DNA from: Candidatus Latescibacterota bacterium
GTDB lineage: Bacteria > Latescibacterota > UBA2968 > UBA8231
Assembly (NCBI GenBank): GCA_965223905.1
Contig: CBDCXV010000009.1
Coordinates: 608,001 to 672,000 of the forward strand
Length of the DNA stretch: 64,000 nt
Direction of reading: 5' to 3'
The position numbers and the translations under genes were made by a program. The notes beneath the pieces are model-generated. The model did no database searches and was not told where the DNA came from. It saw nothing but the letters and a program-made list of their open reading frames with translations. How positions within the stretch are numbered: position 1 is the stretch's first letter; each line of letters begins with the position of its first letter. This document shows positions 21,251 to 32,928 of the stretch, piece by piece.

Positions 21251-21522
21251 TTTTGAAAGCGACGATGCACCGTTTTGTAGTTCGGATAGCACTGCGGCAG
21301 CATGTGCCATTGGGCACCGGTATTGAGAATCCAAAGGACGGCTTCAAGAACCTCACGTGTGGCAACTGGTTTGCGGCCCGGATGGCTTTTGGGACGATGT
21401 TCTTCAGAAAAGTGATGACGGATTCGCCCCCATTGCTTGTCGGTCAAAGTAACCATATAAATAATGATACATTATCATCAATCAGACCTCAAGATTAAAT
21501 TTTGTGATTTTGAGATAGGTTC
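21251..21522 (-). mobile_element. Truncated IS5-family element (one end plus transposase N-terminus)
   Basis: LTDKQWGRI...PGRKP...VLEAVLWILNTGAQWHMLP..YPNYKTVHRRF (DUF4096-like); IS-end-like gaacctatctcaaaa at the hsdS break. Confidence 0.8.
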
Positions 21523-22598
21523 AGGCTGTTCACTCGGTTGATGACCAAATCTCCGACCTGAAGTGCGAAGGTTCCCACATCACCTTGCTCGGCCGCTACT
21601 TGCTTCAGTTCATTGCGATGTCTAACCCAGTTGTTCTGATAGTCTTCAATCCTCAGGATCTCGATTCCTTCACCATACTTTTCGCTTGGCAGATAGAGCC
21701 CATTCTGTGGTCCATATACGGAGAGGATATCTATGTTGGTCCAGCACCACCCCTCCGGCAGGCGGGAGGCGGTGTCGGGGGCTACCGGTTCCTTGTACTT
21801 GGCCTTCCAGTTCTTCGGCGGCGTCTTCCCTCTCTCACGGAACTTGCCAATCTGGTCCTTCTCCCAGCGCCGGCGGCGTTCCACGAGGATCCGTTTCAGG
21901 AGTTGGGCGCCCGGCTCGGCCTCTGGATTGCGGCGTCGCCAGTCAGCGGTGAGCGACCCTTCAACCGCGGCCTTCAGCACTGAGGCGCGATAGAGCTTCA
22001 GCCTTTCGCGCGCCCGCTCCAGCGCCGCGACGCCGGCGTCGAGATCGGAGAACAGTTCGTCGAGCGTCTCAGCAATACGGCATTGCTCCGAAAAGGGAGC
22101 GACTACTATTGGAACCGTCGACGAGAGCGGCTCTGCCGCCAGACTTGCCTGGTTTACATGATTTGCACAACGGTGTAGGAAATACCCTGACAACCACAGA
22201 AAATGCAGCTGGCGAGCAATAAACGATGGGGCAAACCCACTCTCCAAGGAGATTCTGGTCATGTGGTTGGAGTAGGCAAGACGTCCGTCTATGGATACAG
22301 AGGTCGTCTTGCCAATGAGTTTGGGGCTGTTCGTATTGTTGAACAGCACATCGCCCTTACGTAGCTCCCGGGGAATGTCGCCCGCAACGAATCTCAACAC
22401 CTTGCGATCAAGCCGTCCCGCCTGATCTATATTCATTGGGCGGAGGTGAGGTATCCCTTCTCCCCTCTGGTTGTGTTCGCCAGAAGGGAATCCAGCCGAG
22501 ACGCTGCGCGCTATCCGCTCGACACTAGTGAGAGCCCACCCCGGAACCATGTGTGACTCCGCCAAGGGATAGTGATCGAATACTAGCTTCTCGACCAT
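21523..22598 (-). pseudogene. hsdS: HsdS 5' part (TRD1, central conserved region, start of TRD2), interrupted by IS
   Basis: GDVLFNNTNS, APFSEQCRIAETLDELFSDLDAG, YRASVLKAAVEGSLTADWR, LPEGWCW, GDLVINRVNS. Confidence 0.92.
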
Positions 22599-22771
22599 GA
22601 CCCCAGCGCATCCACTGAGCCAGCACTCCGATCCCTCGAAGCCATAATCAAGGGGAAAATGTTCGTTAGAGTGTTCACCAGTTCACCGGCTGAAAGATCC
22701 ACGGATTTCGTGATCATCAAGCGGTTTCCCACGGAAGAATCGCTATTGACAGCTAGTTTGCTAACGGACAC
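22583..22771 (-). CDS. Small hypothetical protein
   Basis: 62-aa ORF abutting the upstream stop and overlapping the hsdS start; no recognisable motif. Confidence 0.3.
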   Translation of the reverse strand: MSVSKLAVNSDSSVGNRLMITKSVDLSAGELVNTLTNIFPLIMASRDRSAGSVDALGSWSRS

Positions 22772-23785
22772 TTAGAGATCTTGGAACACTGCCGTATGGG
22801 TGCGACCACTGCCCTGCGAGTACATATTTCTCTCATAGCTCCTCGGAATGGTGTAGGCAAGCAGCATTCTGATGGGAATCCTTGCACGCCGAAAAAGGTC
22901 AAATCCTAGTGCCTGGACCTTGGTTCCAAGCGCCGCAAGATATACGCTATCGCATCCTTGGTCGAGTATCGCAGCAACCTGCTGAGTCAACACTTCGAAG
23001 GCATCCTGCAAGTCGGCGGTCGGAGCAGACACAACACGGAATTGACCATCATAGGTTGCCCTGTGAATGATACTCTCGTTAACCCGACGACTGTGATCTT
23101 CCATGCTCTTTGCGAGGCCCGGCTCTCCAAGAACAACAACCGCCAACTCTGGTTCTAGTTCCTGAACAATTCGCTCTAGTCTGAGACGCTCATGCCCAAG
23201 AAAGGCGACCAACCCAATACGGCTAGAGCGATGCCTTCTAGGCTGGTAGGGAACATACACGGTCTTTCTCACTCCATAGCTCAATTGCCGACCAAACGCA
23301 GTTGCATAGGCTAGGGGCTCCGTATAGCAAATGCGGATAGCGTTTACCTTGAGCTCGCTGTGCAGATACTGAAGGAGAAGCAGAAGATGTAGCTTGGTGA
23401 AGCACGTTATGTCTACAGTCACGTTAGTCAAATTGAATCGCAAGCCGGCCTCGCGGAGAAAGGTTGACAGGCCTCGGACGGTACTATATGGATCGGCGAA
23501 ATTACAAGGGAGGATATCCACCGTTCTAGCCCGGGCGTCACTCAACATGTGTCGGATCGTCTGAAGGTGATATCGACCCATCGCGGTATCCAGTGTATCC
23601 TCGTAGTTGAATACGACCGCGTGGTTAAAAGAACCTGGCTTCACAAGCTCCGTGGCTCGCAGAGATCTAGGCTCGAAGCTACTAGCGACGAGAAAGACCT
23701 CAGATGCGCCCTCCATCTGAGATGCAATTCCTTCCACTGGGATTAGCCTTGGGAAGGGTCCGCTAAAACAATCCCGTCCGATCAT
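22772..23785 (-). CDS. Hypothetical defence-associated protein, putative duplicated CARF-like Rossmann fold
   Basis: SFEPRS, VDITCFTK, YTEPLAY, FLGHE, ELEP, LAALGTK; lower GC than the backbone. ORF is solid, fold call is tentative. Confidence 0.6.
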   Translation of the reverse strand: MIGRDCFSGPFPRLIPVEGIASQMEGASEVFLVASSFEPRSLRATELVKPGSFNHAVVFNYEDTLDTAMGRYHLQTIRHMLSDARARTVDILPCNFADPYSTVRGLSTFLREAGLRFNLTNVTVDITCFTKLHLLLLLQYLHSELKVNAIRICYTEPLAYATAFGRQLSYGVRKTVYVPYQPRRHRSSRIGLVAFLGHERLRLERIVQELEPELAVVVLGEPGLAKSMEDHSRRVNESIIHRATYDGQFRVVSAPTADLQDAFEVLTQQVAAILDQGCDSVYLAALGTKVQALGFDLFRRARIPIRMLLAYTIPRSYERNMYSQGSGRTHTAVFQDL

Positions 23786-24006
23786 GGCGAAAGAAACCTT
23801 GAAATGCTGTCTGCCAACTCATCGTGGGTATTCCACTGGGCATAGGCATCCAGCGGCACCGAGGAGAACACTTCCTCATTCGCAAGTGGGGCTCTCTCAG
23901 TGCGCATCACACGCCACGGTGAGCGCTTACCTGCGAATAACCCAAGCCTGAAGCATTGCAATAAGTCGGGGAGATCGCGTCCTGTAGTATCACAATAACC
24001 CCAACA
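23782..24006 (-). pseudogene. 3' end of a 5'-truncated gene, possibly TIR/nucleoside-2-deoxyribosyltransferase-like
   Basis: [22 protein letters not shown]...WNTHDELADSISRFLSP*; ATGA overlap with the next gene; cut at the clpB junction. Confidence 0.45.
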
Positions 24007-25219
<1,213 letters not shown>

Positions 25220-25305
25220 CCGTTTCTTTGGGAACCGATCGGGCTCGCTTTAGTCTTGTATTGCTCGAAAAGACAACAACGAAACAGAATGGAGAGAAAG
25301 TGGAA

Positions 25306-26722
25306 ATGAAAGGGACAGGAAACGGGAGGGCCCTCAAGATCGTCCTGGTCGCTGCAGTCTTCAGCTGCACGGGGACAGCCGGCGCCGGGCAAAACCTGGC
25401 GGAGCTGCAAAAGTGGAGCGATGGCTTCGCGGAGGTCGTCGCGCAGGTGAAGCCGGGGGTCGTCGCGATCTCGACCGAATCGAAGTCACGTGGTGAAGTT
25501 CCCAACTATCGCGGCACCCCCTTCGAGTTCTTCTTCCGGGGGCCACCACGGGAAATGCCGCGCCAGGGGCAGGGGTCAGGCGTGATCGTCAGCCACGAGG
25601 GGGAGTATTTCATTCTGACTAACTACCACGTGATCCGCGGCGCAGACGAGATCACCGTCGAGCTGACCGACGAGCGCCACTTTCCCTGCCGAGGTGATCG
25701 GCACCGATTCCCTCAGCGACCTCGCCGCCCTGCGCATCGACGCCAGCAGACCTTCCCTCGGTATCCTGGGGTAGTTCCGCCGATCTCAAGGTCGGGGAGT
25801 GGGTGCTGGCGATCGGCAACCCGTTCGCCCTCGAGCACACCGTGACCCAGGGGATTATCAGCGCCCTGGGACGGGCGCGTTTCGGTGAGGAATACGGCTC
25901 CTTCATTCAAACGTCCGCGGCGATCAACCCGGGGAACAGCGGCGGTCCCCTGGTCAACCTGAAGGGGGAGCTGGTCGGCATAAACACCGCCATCGTCACC
26001 CGCAGCGGCGGGGATCAGGGAATCGGGTTCGCCATTCCCGTCGACCTCGCCCGCGACGTGCTGTCGCAGCTGATCGAACACCGGAGAAGTGAGGCGCGGG
26101 CTGTTGGGGATAGGACATCCGCAGACATCGATGCGTTGATGGCGGAAGCCATGGGTATGGAGAGCACCCGCGGGGTACTGGTAACGCCGGAGTCAGGGAA
26201 GACAGCGGCGCCGAAGAGGCAGGTCTTCAGGTGGATGACGTGATCGTCGCCGTCGACGGGGATCCGGTGCGCAACAGCACCGAGCTTAGGAGCCGCATCG
26301 GTACGACTTTTCCCGGAACCAAGGTCGAGGTCGAGTTTCTGCGCGACGGCGAACGCAAGAGGGTAACCGTCAAGCTCGGGGAAGTGACGCAGGAGGCGCT
26401 CGCCGTGGGGCGGTCGGGCGGGGATGAAGTTTCAACCAACTCCCTCGGGATAAAACTCCGCAATCCCAGCCCTGAGCTGACGCAGCTTTTCGGCTACGAC
26501 GAGGGTGAGGGGGGCGTCTTCATCATCGGGGTCAGGCGCGGGAGCGAGGCGGCCCGCCGCGGACTTCGTCGAGGCGACCTGATCGTCGAGGTCAACCGCC
26601 AGCCGGTGGCATCGGTGCAGGAGTATCGCGAAATCGTCGAGGAGCTCGAGTCCGGGGCTGCGGTCCTTTTTCGCGTTCGCCGCGGAAAGACAAACCGCCT
26701 GGTAGCCTTGCGCCTTCCGTAG
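25306..26722 (+). CDS. DegQ/HtrA (Do) serine protease with 2 PDZ domains, several frameshifts
   Basis: [40 protein letters not shown]; PDZ motifs DVIVAVDG and GDLIVEVN, split over several frames. Confidence 0.9.
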
Positions 26723-26761
26723 TCGACCCGCCACCTTCCTTCCACGTCCCCTCGCCAGGCG

Positions 26762-28939
26762 GTGGGACCGCCAACTTCAAACCCCTCGCGGAAGATGATG
26801 GAAGGCCGTCCCATCTGGGACAGCGGCAACTCCGGCGGGCTGTACCTGCGGACGTCGATCACGACCTCCTCTGCCGAAAGAGTCGCTCTGAACTGCGCCA
26901 GCACCGGCCCCTTCGAGCTGAGCATCGACGGGGAGCTGGTCGCATGCCGCCGGGGGGGAGCGCTGACCGAGCGCCCCCTTCTGCACCGCATATCCCTGCA
27001 GTTGAGGCGTCCGGGTCGCCACACCCTCACCGTGCGCGCGGCCAACCTGCCCGCGGTAGAGGCGCCGTGGTTCGCCTGTTCCGCTTCTGCGGTTTTACCC
27101 ACGGCAGGGGACGGCACTTGGAGCGTCCGGGCCATCTCCCTCCCCCTGAAGCAACTGGGGGTCGACGAATTCCACGATGCCAGGGAGGATCCCGAAGAGG
27201 ACAACGGCAGCGATGCCGGGGACGGCTGGGAGCCCGCGGTCGAGGTAGCAGCGGCCATTGCGGCCGACGTCTGGGAGCCTGGCGGCATCGTGGAAGAACC
27301 GCAGGAGGCCGTGGCCGTAGCTGCCGCGGGTGAGTGGAGCGGCGACTCTCCGGAGCCGGAGCGGCTGCAGCCGCTGGCGGACTGCAAGTGCGTCCACCCC
27401 CAGGGCCTTCTCTTCGGCGGCGTCGCCCGCACCATCATCAGGACCGCCCCGTACAAAGCGGTCGTCATCCAGCTCGATTTCGGGCGCATCCTCACCGGAT
27501 GTCCGGAGGTGCGCCTGGAGGCGGAAGCGAGCGGCGGCATTGTCGACCTTTTCTTCGGGTACGTCCCCGGACGCACGCACGCCCAGGTTCGCTACGTAGC
27601 CCGGGCAGGCAGGCAGGGCTGGCGCGCCTTGCAGGAACAGGCGGGCCGTTACCTGACCGTACGTCTCAGCCGGTTTGGGGAGAACTGCCACCTCGAAAAG
27701 GTGTCCGTGGTCACCCGTCGCGACCCCGGTCCGGGGGCGACTGCGGCCATGGAACAGGACGGGACGGCGGCTCCGCACCTGGTCGGACGGCGAACACTCG
27801 AATCGGTGCGGCAGGAAATTTATTGCCTGCGGCTCCCGCCCCGGCCGTACGACTGGTTGGCGATGCTGACCGCCTTCGCCACCGATTTCTACCTCACAGG
27901 CAACACCGCTACTGCGCGAACGGTGCTGAGAACCGCTGCCGGCCGCCAAGACAACGGGGACCTGCATTCAGATTGGACGGGATTTCCGCTTTTTGTCGAG
28001 GCGTATCACTTGTTCAGCGGTGACGGCGAGACCGTGTCTGCCCGGCTGTCCGATCTGCTTCCACCTGCAGGTGCGACACCGTCCCTTTCCTTCGGTGAGC
28101 TGCCGACCGCGGAGGCGGCCCTCGCCGCGGCCAGCGCCGCCGCCGCAGGGCGCGTATGCCGGCGCCTAGGCAATTCCCGGGCGGCGGCGGTCTGCAAGGC
28201 GGAAGCGAGGCGCTGGCGGGAACTGGTTCAGTCGCGCTGGCGCGAGCAGGAGGGGATGTTCCCGGAGACGGCTGCAGAAGCGGGACGGTTTGGCCAGTGG
28301 ACCAACGCCCTTGCCTTGTACGGTTCACTGGCGAAGGCGGATCAGAAGGGGCGTATCGCCGCTGCCATCGGGGATCCGTCCCTGTCCCCGGCGTCAGGAC
28401 TGACACAGTCCTGGTTTCTCTGCGAAGGCTTGTGGCGCGCGGGAGCCGAACAGGCTGCCCTGGATTACGCGGAGATGTACTGGGGGCGCATGGCCGCAAG
28501 ACCGGGGGAGACTTGGGCTGACCGGGCGCCGCGTCCCTCGGCGCCGTACGAACCCGGGCCGGAGTACACGGTCGGCACCCACCTGCTCGGGGTGCAGCCG
28601 GTCGAACCCGGGTTCGCCGTTGCCCGCATCCGGCCTCCCCGCAGCGTCGCCACCCGTGCCTCCGGTTCGGTACCGACCCCGGCCGGGGCCATCGCCGTCG
28701 CCTGGAAAAGAGAAGAGGAGGACCTCGCGCTCGAGACGGAGCTGCCCGCCAGTATCGAGGCCCGCCTCGTCCTTCATCGCGGCGGCCGGAAGATGCCCAC
28801 CATTCTGGTCAACGGGATCACCGTCTGGCGAAACGAGAAGATGTACCCCAACCCGTTCGTGCAGCGGATAGTCGCCGAAGAGGAGGATATCGTGATTGCC
28901 CTGACACAGGAGGGGCGCTTCCGGGTCGAGGTGGTCTGA
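26762..28939 (+). CDS. Alpha-L-rhamnosidase (GH78)-like protein, degenerate
   Basis: LDFGRILTGCP and C-terminal LLGVQPVEPGF...ASGSVPTPAGAIAVAW; start uncertain. Confidence 0.65.
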   Translation: MGPPTSNPSRKMMEGRPIWDSGNSGGLYLRTSITTSSAERVALNCASTGPFELSIDGELVACRRGGALTERPLLHRISLQLRRPGRHTLTVRAANLPAVEAPWFACSASAVLPTAGDGTWSVRAISLPLKQLGVDEFHDAREDPEEDNGSDAGDGWEPAVEVAAAIAADVWEPGGIVEEPQEAVAVAAAGEWSGDSPEPERLQPLADCKCVHPQGLLFGGVARTIIRTAPYKAVVIQLDFGRILTGCPEVRLEAEASGGIVDLFFGYVPGRTHAQVRYVARAGRQGWRALQEQAGRYLTVRLSRFGENCHLEKVSVVTRRDPGPGATAAMEQDGTAAPHLVGRRTLESVRQEIYCLRLPPRPYDWLAMLTAFATDFYLTGNTATARTVLRTAAGRQDNGDLHSDWTGFPLFVEAYHLFSGDGETVSARLSDLLPPAGATPSLSFGELPTAEAALAAASAAAAGRVCRRLGNSRAAAVCKAEARRWRELVQSRWREQEGMFPETAAEAGRFGQWTNALALYGSLAKADQKGRIAAAIGDPSLSPASGLTQSWFLCEGLWRAGAEQAALDYAEMYWGRMAARPGETWADRAPRPSAPYEPGPEYTVGTHLLGVQPVEPGFAVARIRPPRSVATRASGSVPTPAGAIAVAWKREEEDLALETELPASIEARLVLHRGGRKMPTILVNGITVWRNEKMYPNPFVQRIVAEEEDIVIALTQEGRFRVEVV

Positions 28940-28947
28940 CCCGCGTC

Positions 28948-29603
28948 ATGCCCCTCCATTACGTCGAAGGAGAACCACCGGCGCAAGGTGCTCCCCTGCT
29001 GGTGCTTCTGCACGGATATGGCAGCGACGAGGAGGACTTGATGGGTCTGGCGCCGGCCCTGGACCCCCGCTTCCACGTCGTCAGCCCCCGCGCTCCCATG
29101 CGGCTCGCCGAGGGTGGCTTTGCCTGGTTCCCCCTGGCGATGACCGAGGGTGGCCTGGAGGTCTCGTTCCAAGAGGCAGAGGCGGCACGCGGCGAGGTGT
29201 GCGAGCTGCTCGCCGGACTTCAGCAACAGTACGACGCCTCCGGGCGCACGCTGTTGCTGGGTTTCAGCCAGGGAGCCGGGATGGCGCTCTACAGCGGCTT
29301 CCGGATCCCCGGACCATTGCCGGAATCGCCTTCCTGAGCGGCCTGTGCCTCCCGGAGATGGTGCCCGAAGGGGCCGCCTCGAACTCATTGAACGACATGC
29401 CTGTCTTCATGTCCCACGGCCGGTTCGATCCCCTGATCCCGATCGCCAGGGGCAGGGAATCTCGCGATATGCTGGCCGGCCTGCCTCTGCGGATCATCTT
29501 CAACGAGTACGCCATGGGCCACGAGATAAATTCGGGATGCCTGCGGGATCTGCAGGAATGGCTGCGGCACAGGGCTGATGATCTGGTGCGTCCCGTGGAG
29601 TGA
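28948..29603 (+). CDS. Phospholipase/carboxylesterase (alpha/beta hydrolase), frameshift near 29305
   Basis: LLHGYGSDEEDL, GFSQG, then HGRFDPLIP and MGHEI in the shifted frame. Confidence 0.88.
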
Positions 29604-29848
29604 ATCGCAGCTCCACCATGCAACTTGACGCTGATTTTACCGCAGGGCGGTGCGGGGCTGTTCCCCCTCGCCAGGGAGCAGGCCCCAACGGGCCCCGTGC
29701 TCCGGTCAGGCCCCCAGGCCCTCGAGGTTGGCTGTGAAACAGGTGCCGACCAAGATCCGGTGCCTTATGTACGCGAGCGCGCCATGCAAGGAAACGCCTC
29801 CGAGGGATCGACAGGGCTCTCCGAGCCGGCGCTGCAATTCCCGCCGCT

Positions 29849-30862
29849 TCAGATCCAGCCGCTGCTTTCCCTGCGCACCAGGGAAGCCATGGCGTCGAGC
29901 CAGCGGGGATGACTGTTGAGACAGGGCACGAGGTGCAGGTGGCCGCCGCCGGCAGCGCGGAAGATCTCCTCCCCCTCGCGGCCGAGCTCGTCCAGGGTCT
30001 CCAGGCAGTCGGCGGTGAATCCCGGGGCCACGACCCCCAGGCGTCCGCCGCCCTGGCGCCCTAGCTGCGCCAGCACATCCTCGGTGTAGGGCTGAAGCCA
30101 CTCCTCCCTGCCGAAACGGGACTGGAACCCGAGGTGCCAGCGTTCGCGGCTCAGGCCGAGGGCCTCGGCGAGCAGGCCGGCGGTCGCCTCGCAATGGCGG
30201 CGATAGGGATCCCCTTCCTCGACGTAGCGTCCGGGAATGCCGTGGAAGGTGATGAGGAAGCGCTCCGGAGGATCCTCCAGGCGGGAGAGGGAATCTTCGA
30301 CGGCGGACCCGAGACTGTCGATGTAGCCGCAGTCGTCGAAATATGGCGGAACGAAGCGCAGCGCCGGCATGGTGCGCCTGCGGTCGAACAGGAACGCTCC
30401 GCAGCGTCCGAAAGCAGCTCTGGTGACGGCGTCGTAAACCGATCCTGTGGTCGACGCCGAGAACTGGGGGAACATCGGCAATACCACGATCCGGTCGATC
30501 TCCTCCGCTTCCATCTGCCTCAAGGCGCGCTCGATGCTCGGCTCGCCGTAGCGCATCCCCAGAACGACCCGGTAGCGCTCTCCGAGACGCTGCTGCAGTC
30601 CTTTCTCCTGGGCGCGGGAATGAAGCAGAAGCGGAGAGCCCCGGTCGGTCCAGACGTTTTTATAGAGCGCCGCGGACCGCGCCGGCCGCCGCGGGAGGAC
30701 GAGCAGGTACAGGACCGGCAGCCACTTCCACCGCGGCAGGTCGATGACGCGAGGGTCGGACAGGAACTGCTTCAGGTACGGCCTCAAGGCGGTTGCGCTC
30801 GGCGCGGTCGGAGTGCCCAGCTGGGCGAGGAGAACGCCGATCGGGGGGGAAGCGCTACCCAT
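29849..30862 (-). CDS. hemH: Ferrochelatase
   Basis: LLAQLGTP, FLSDPRVI, MRYGEPSI, TFHGIP, FQSRFGREEWLQPYT, GFTADCLETLDEL. Confidence 0.96.
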   Translation of the reverse strand: MGSASPPIGVLLAQLGTPTAPSATALRPYLKQFLSDPRVIDLPRWKWLPVLYLLVLPRRPARSAALYKNVWTDRGSPLLLHSRAQEKGLQQRLGERYRVVLGMRYGEPSIERALRQMEAEEIDRIVVLPMFPQFSASTTGSVYDAVTRAAFGRCGAFLFDRRRTMPALRFVPPYFDDCGYIDSLGSAVEDSLSRLEDPPERFLITFHGIPGRYVEEGDPYRRHCEATAGLLAEALGLSRERWHLGFQSRFGREEWLQPYTEDVLAQLGRQGGGRLGVVAPGFTADCLETLDELGREGEEIFRAAGGGHLHLVPCLNSHPRWLDAMASLVRRESSGWI

Positions 30863-31013
30863 GGGGAAACTGCTCGGCAAGGTGGGAAACACAGCGTTGA
30901 TCCACTCGGTGCGGTGGGGTACTTTGCGCCCGGCGGCCTGGAAGAGCGCTGCCGAGGGCAGCCGTTGGCCGGGCATTTTCCGCAATCAAGCAAAACAAGG
31001 AGCACTGACAACC

Positions 31014-31739
31014 ATGCGCTGCATTTTCGTCGGCATCGAGTACGCGGGCAAATCGACGCTCATCAATCTGCTCAAGGATTACTATGCGAAGCGCCGGCAG
31101 CCCGTCCACATGGACGATCACTTCACCATTCCCGATTCGACTCTCAGTCCTGCATCCCGCGAGCAGATGGTGAACTTTCCCGACGACGTCAAGGAGCGCA
31201 TGCAGCGGATGCAGATCCAGTACCACGTCGAGGTGATCCGCAACTACGCGCACGTGCTGATCAGCGGCTGGCACATGGAAGAGAGCATCTACTCGGAGTT
31301 TTACGGCAACGACCCCGGCAGTCCCTATTATCCCAATTTCTGGCACGCCAACAAGCGCACCCACGAGGCCCTGGTTCACGAAGCCCGCGTCCCGGACATC
31401 GTTCTGGTCCACGTGACCGCCAGCGACGACGCCATACGGGAGCGCATGGCCTCCGATCCCCATGAGTACGAGATCATCAGGGAGGCGGACATCGGCGCCT
31501 TGAAACGCCGCTTCGAAGAGGAGTGCGACCAGTCCCTGCTGGCCAGGAGGGGCAGGATCGACCTCGATACCACGGACAGGACACCCCGGCAGTCCCTCGA
31601 CGAGCTGCTGCTGAAATCCGAGCCGATGATCACCCCGGGAGAGCTCGCAATCCGGACCATGGCGGTTCCCGACGGCGACTACGAGGTCGTTTACGAGAAC
31701 GGCGTGCGCAAAACCGTTCCGGTGGTCGGCGATAGTTGA
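31014..31739 (+). CDS. P-loop kinase (NMP/thymidylate-kinase-like fold), substrate unknown
   Basis: N-terminal FVGIEYAGKST, VLVHVTASDDAIRER; AAGGAG RBS. Confidence 0.7.
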   Translation: MRCIFVGIEYAGKSTLINLLKDYYAKRRQPVHMDDHFTIPDSTLSPASREQMVNFPDDVKERMQRMQIQYHVEVIRNYAHVLISGWHMEESIYSEFYGNDPGSPYYPNFWHANKRTHEALVHEARVPDIVLVHVTASDDAIRERMASDPHEYEIIREADIGALKRRFEEECDQSLLARRGRIDLDTTDRTPRQSLDELLLKSEPMITPGELAIRTMAVPDGDYEVVYENGVRKTVPVVGDS

Positions 31740-32430
31740 TACGATCGGCCACGGTCGCGCCCCTCGCCGTCCTGGGCTGCCTTTGCGTCGCTGCGGAGGC
31801 TGCCCCCCTCGACAGCCTGAAAGCGGACGCTCGGCGGCTGCTTGCCCCCCCCAACTCCATCTGATCTTCGCCGGCGTAGCGGCCGGCGGCCTCGTTACTC
31901 GCCTCGACCACAAGCTGGCATGGGAACTGCCCGGAGATGGCTTCGCCTCGGCAGCGCTCGATCTGGCCGATTTATACGGCTCCACCGGGAAAACCATCGC
32001 CGCCGGCGCTGTACTGTGGACCCTTGCCAAGTGGCGGGGTTGGGGCGGATTGAAAACCCAGTCTGAAGAGGGGTTGCGCAGCATCGCCGCGGCCGCCCTC
32101 GTCGTCGGCCCCCTGAAGCTTGCCATCCGCCGGAGCCGTCCCGACGGCAGCGGCAGGCTTTCGTTTCCGTCCGGTCACACAGCCACGGCCTTTGCCCTCT
32201 CCACGGTGCTCGCCCGCGGCCACGGCCCGCGCATCGGATTGCCGGCGTACGCCTTGGCGGCGTTGGTGCCGGCGGCGCGGATCGGCGGAAAAAAACACCA
32301 CTTTTCCGACGCAGTCGCAGGCGCATGCATCGGCACTGCAGCCGGCTTGGCGGTCGGGCTCGCCGGTAGCGATCCGGCTCTGCAGGCTCGGATCAATCCT
32401 ACGGGAGGGCAGGTAAGCTGGAGGTTCTGA
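31736..32430 (+). CDS. PAP2-family phosphatase, frameshift in C8 tract 31845-31852
   Basis: KLAIRRSRP, SFPSGH, ARIGGKKHHFSD; signal-peptide-like start MIRSATVAPLAVLGCLCVAAEA lies in another frame. Confidence 0.8.
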
Positions 32431-32655
32431 CTCCGGGGCCGGCGTTTAGCCCAGATCATATCATGGCGGGTCCGGCTCCTAAACCGAAGGCAACTCAGGG
32501 TTTGCAGAAGTTCGCGGGGGAGCCAGGCAGTACAGGGCGCATGCCCCTCAGCCTGACTTTCAGGACTGTGGCAGGATCCTTCCCCCCGGCCTGCCACAAG
32601 GGGGCCGTTTTCTGATGATTTCACTGCCGATCGTAGTGGCCGAGAATCGCGATTG

Positions 32656-32703
32656 TCAGTATGATTGTACGTACTCTGTTCAGTATGATTTTACGTATTC
32701 TTT
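32656..32703. repeat. Two 24-bp imperfect tandem direct repeats, candidate operator
   Basis: tcagtatgattgtacgtactctgt / tcagtatgattttacgtattcttt; AT-rich and upstream of the adhesin gene. Confidence 0.7.
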
Positions 32704-32928
32704 CTGAACGCAGGCCGTATCAGGCATGTCTCAACCGGATGGTAGACATGAATGCCTTGCCTCCGAAGCTCGACCTCTCACTTCTCCCTCCAGAAAGAGA
32801 ACTCCATGATGAACACGATTGTTGCCGCATTTCTTGAAATCGCTCGGAAGGCAAGATCATCGATCTGCTATCCCAATTTTTTCGCTGCAGAGCATGCCAT
32901 ACCATCCGCGACGGAAAGGCGCCGAAAA

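Noticed and set aside
19295-21256. 653-aa plus-strand ORF and other long antisense ORFs (e.g. 8713-10401, 10346-12028, 55355-56803)
   Set aside because: Shadow ORFs opposite well-supported genes in high-GC DNA, with no recognisable motifs
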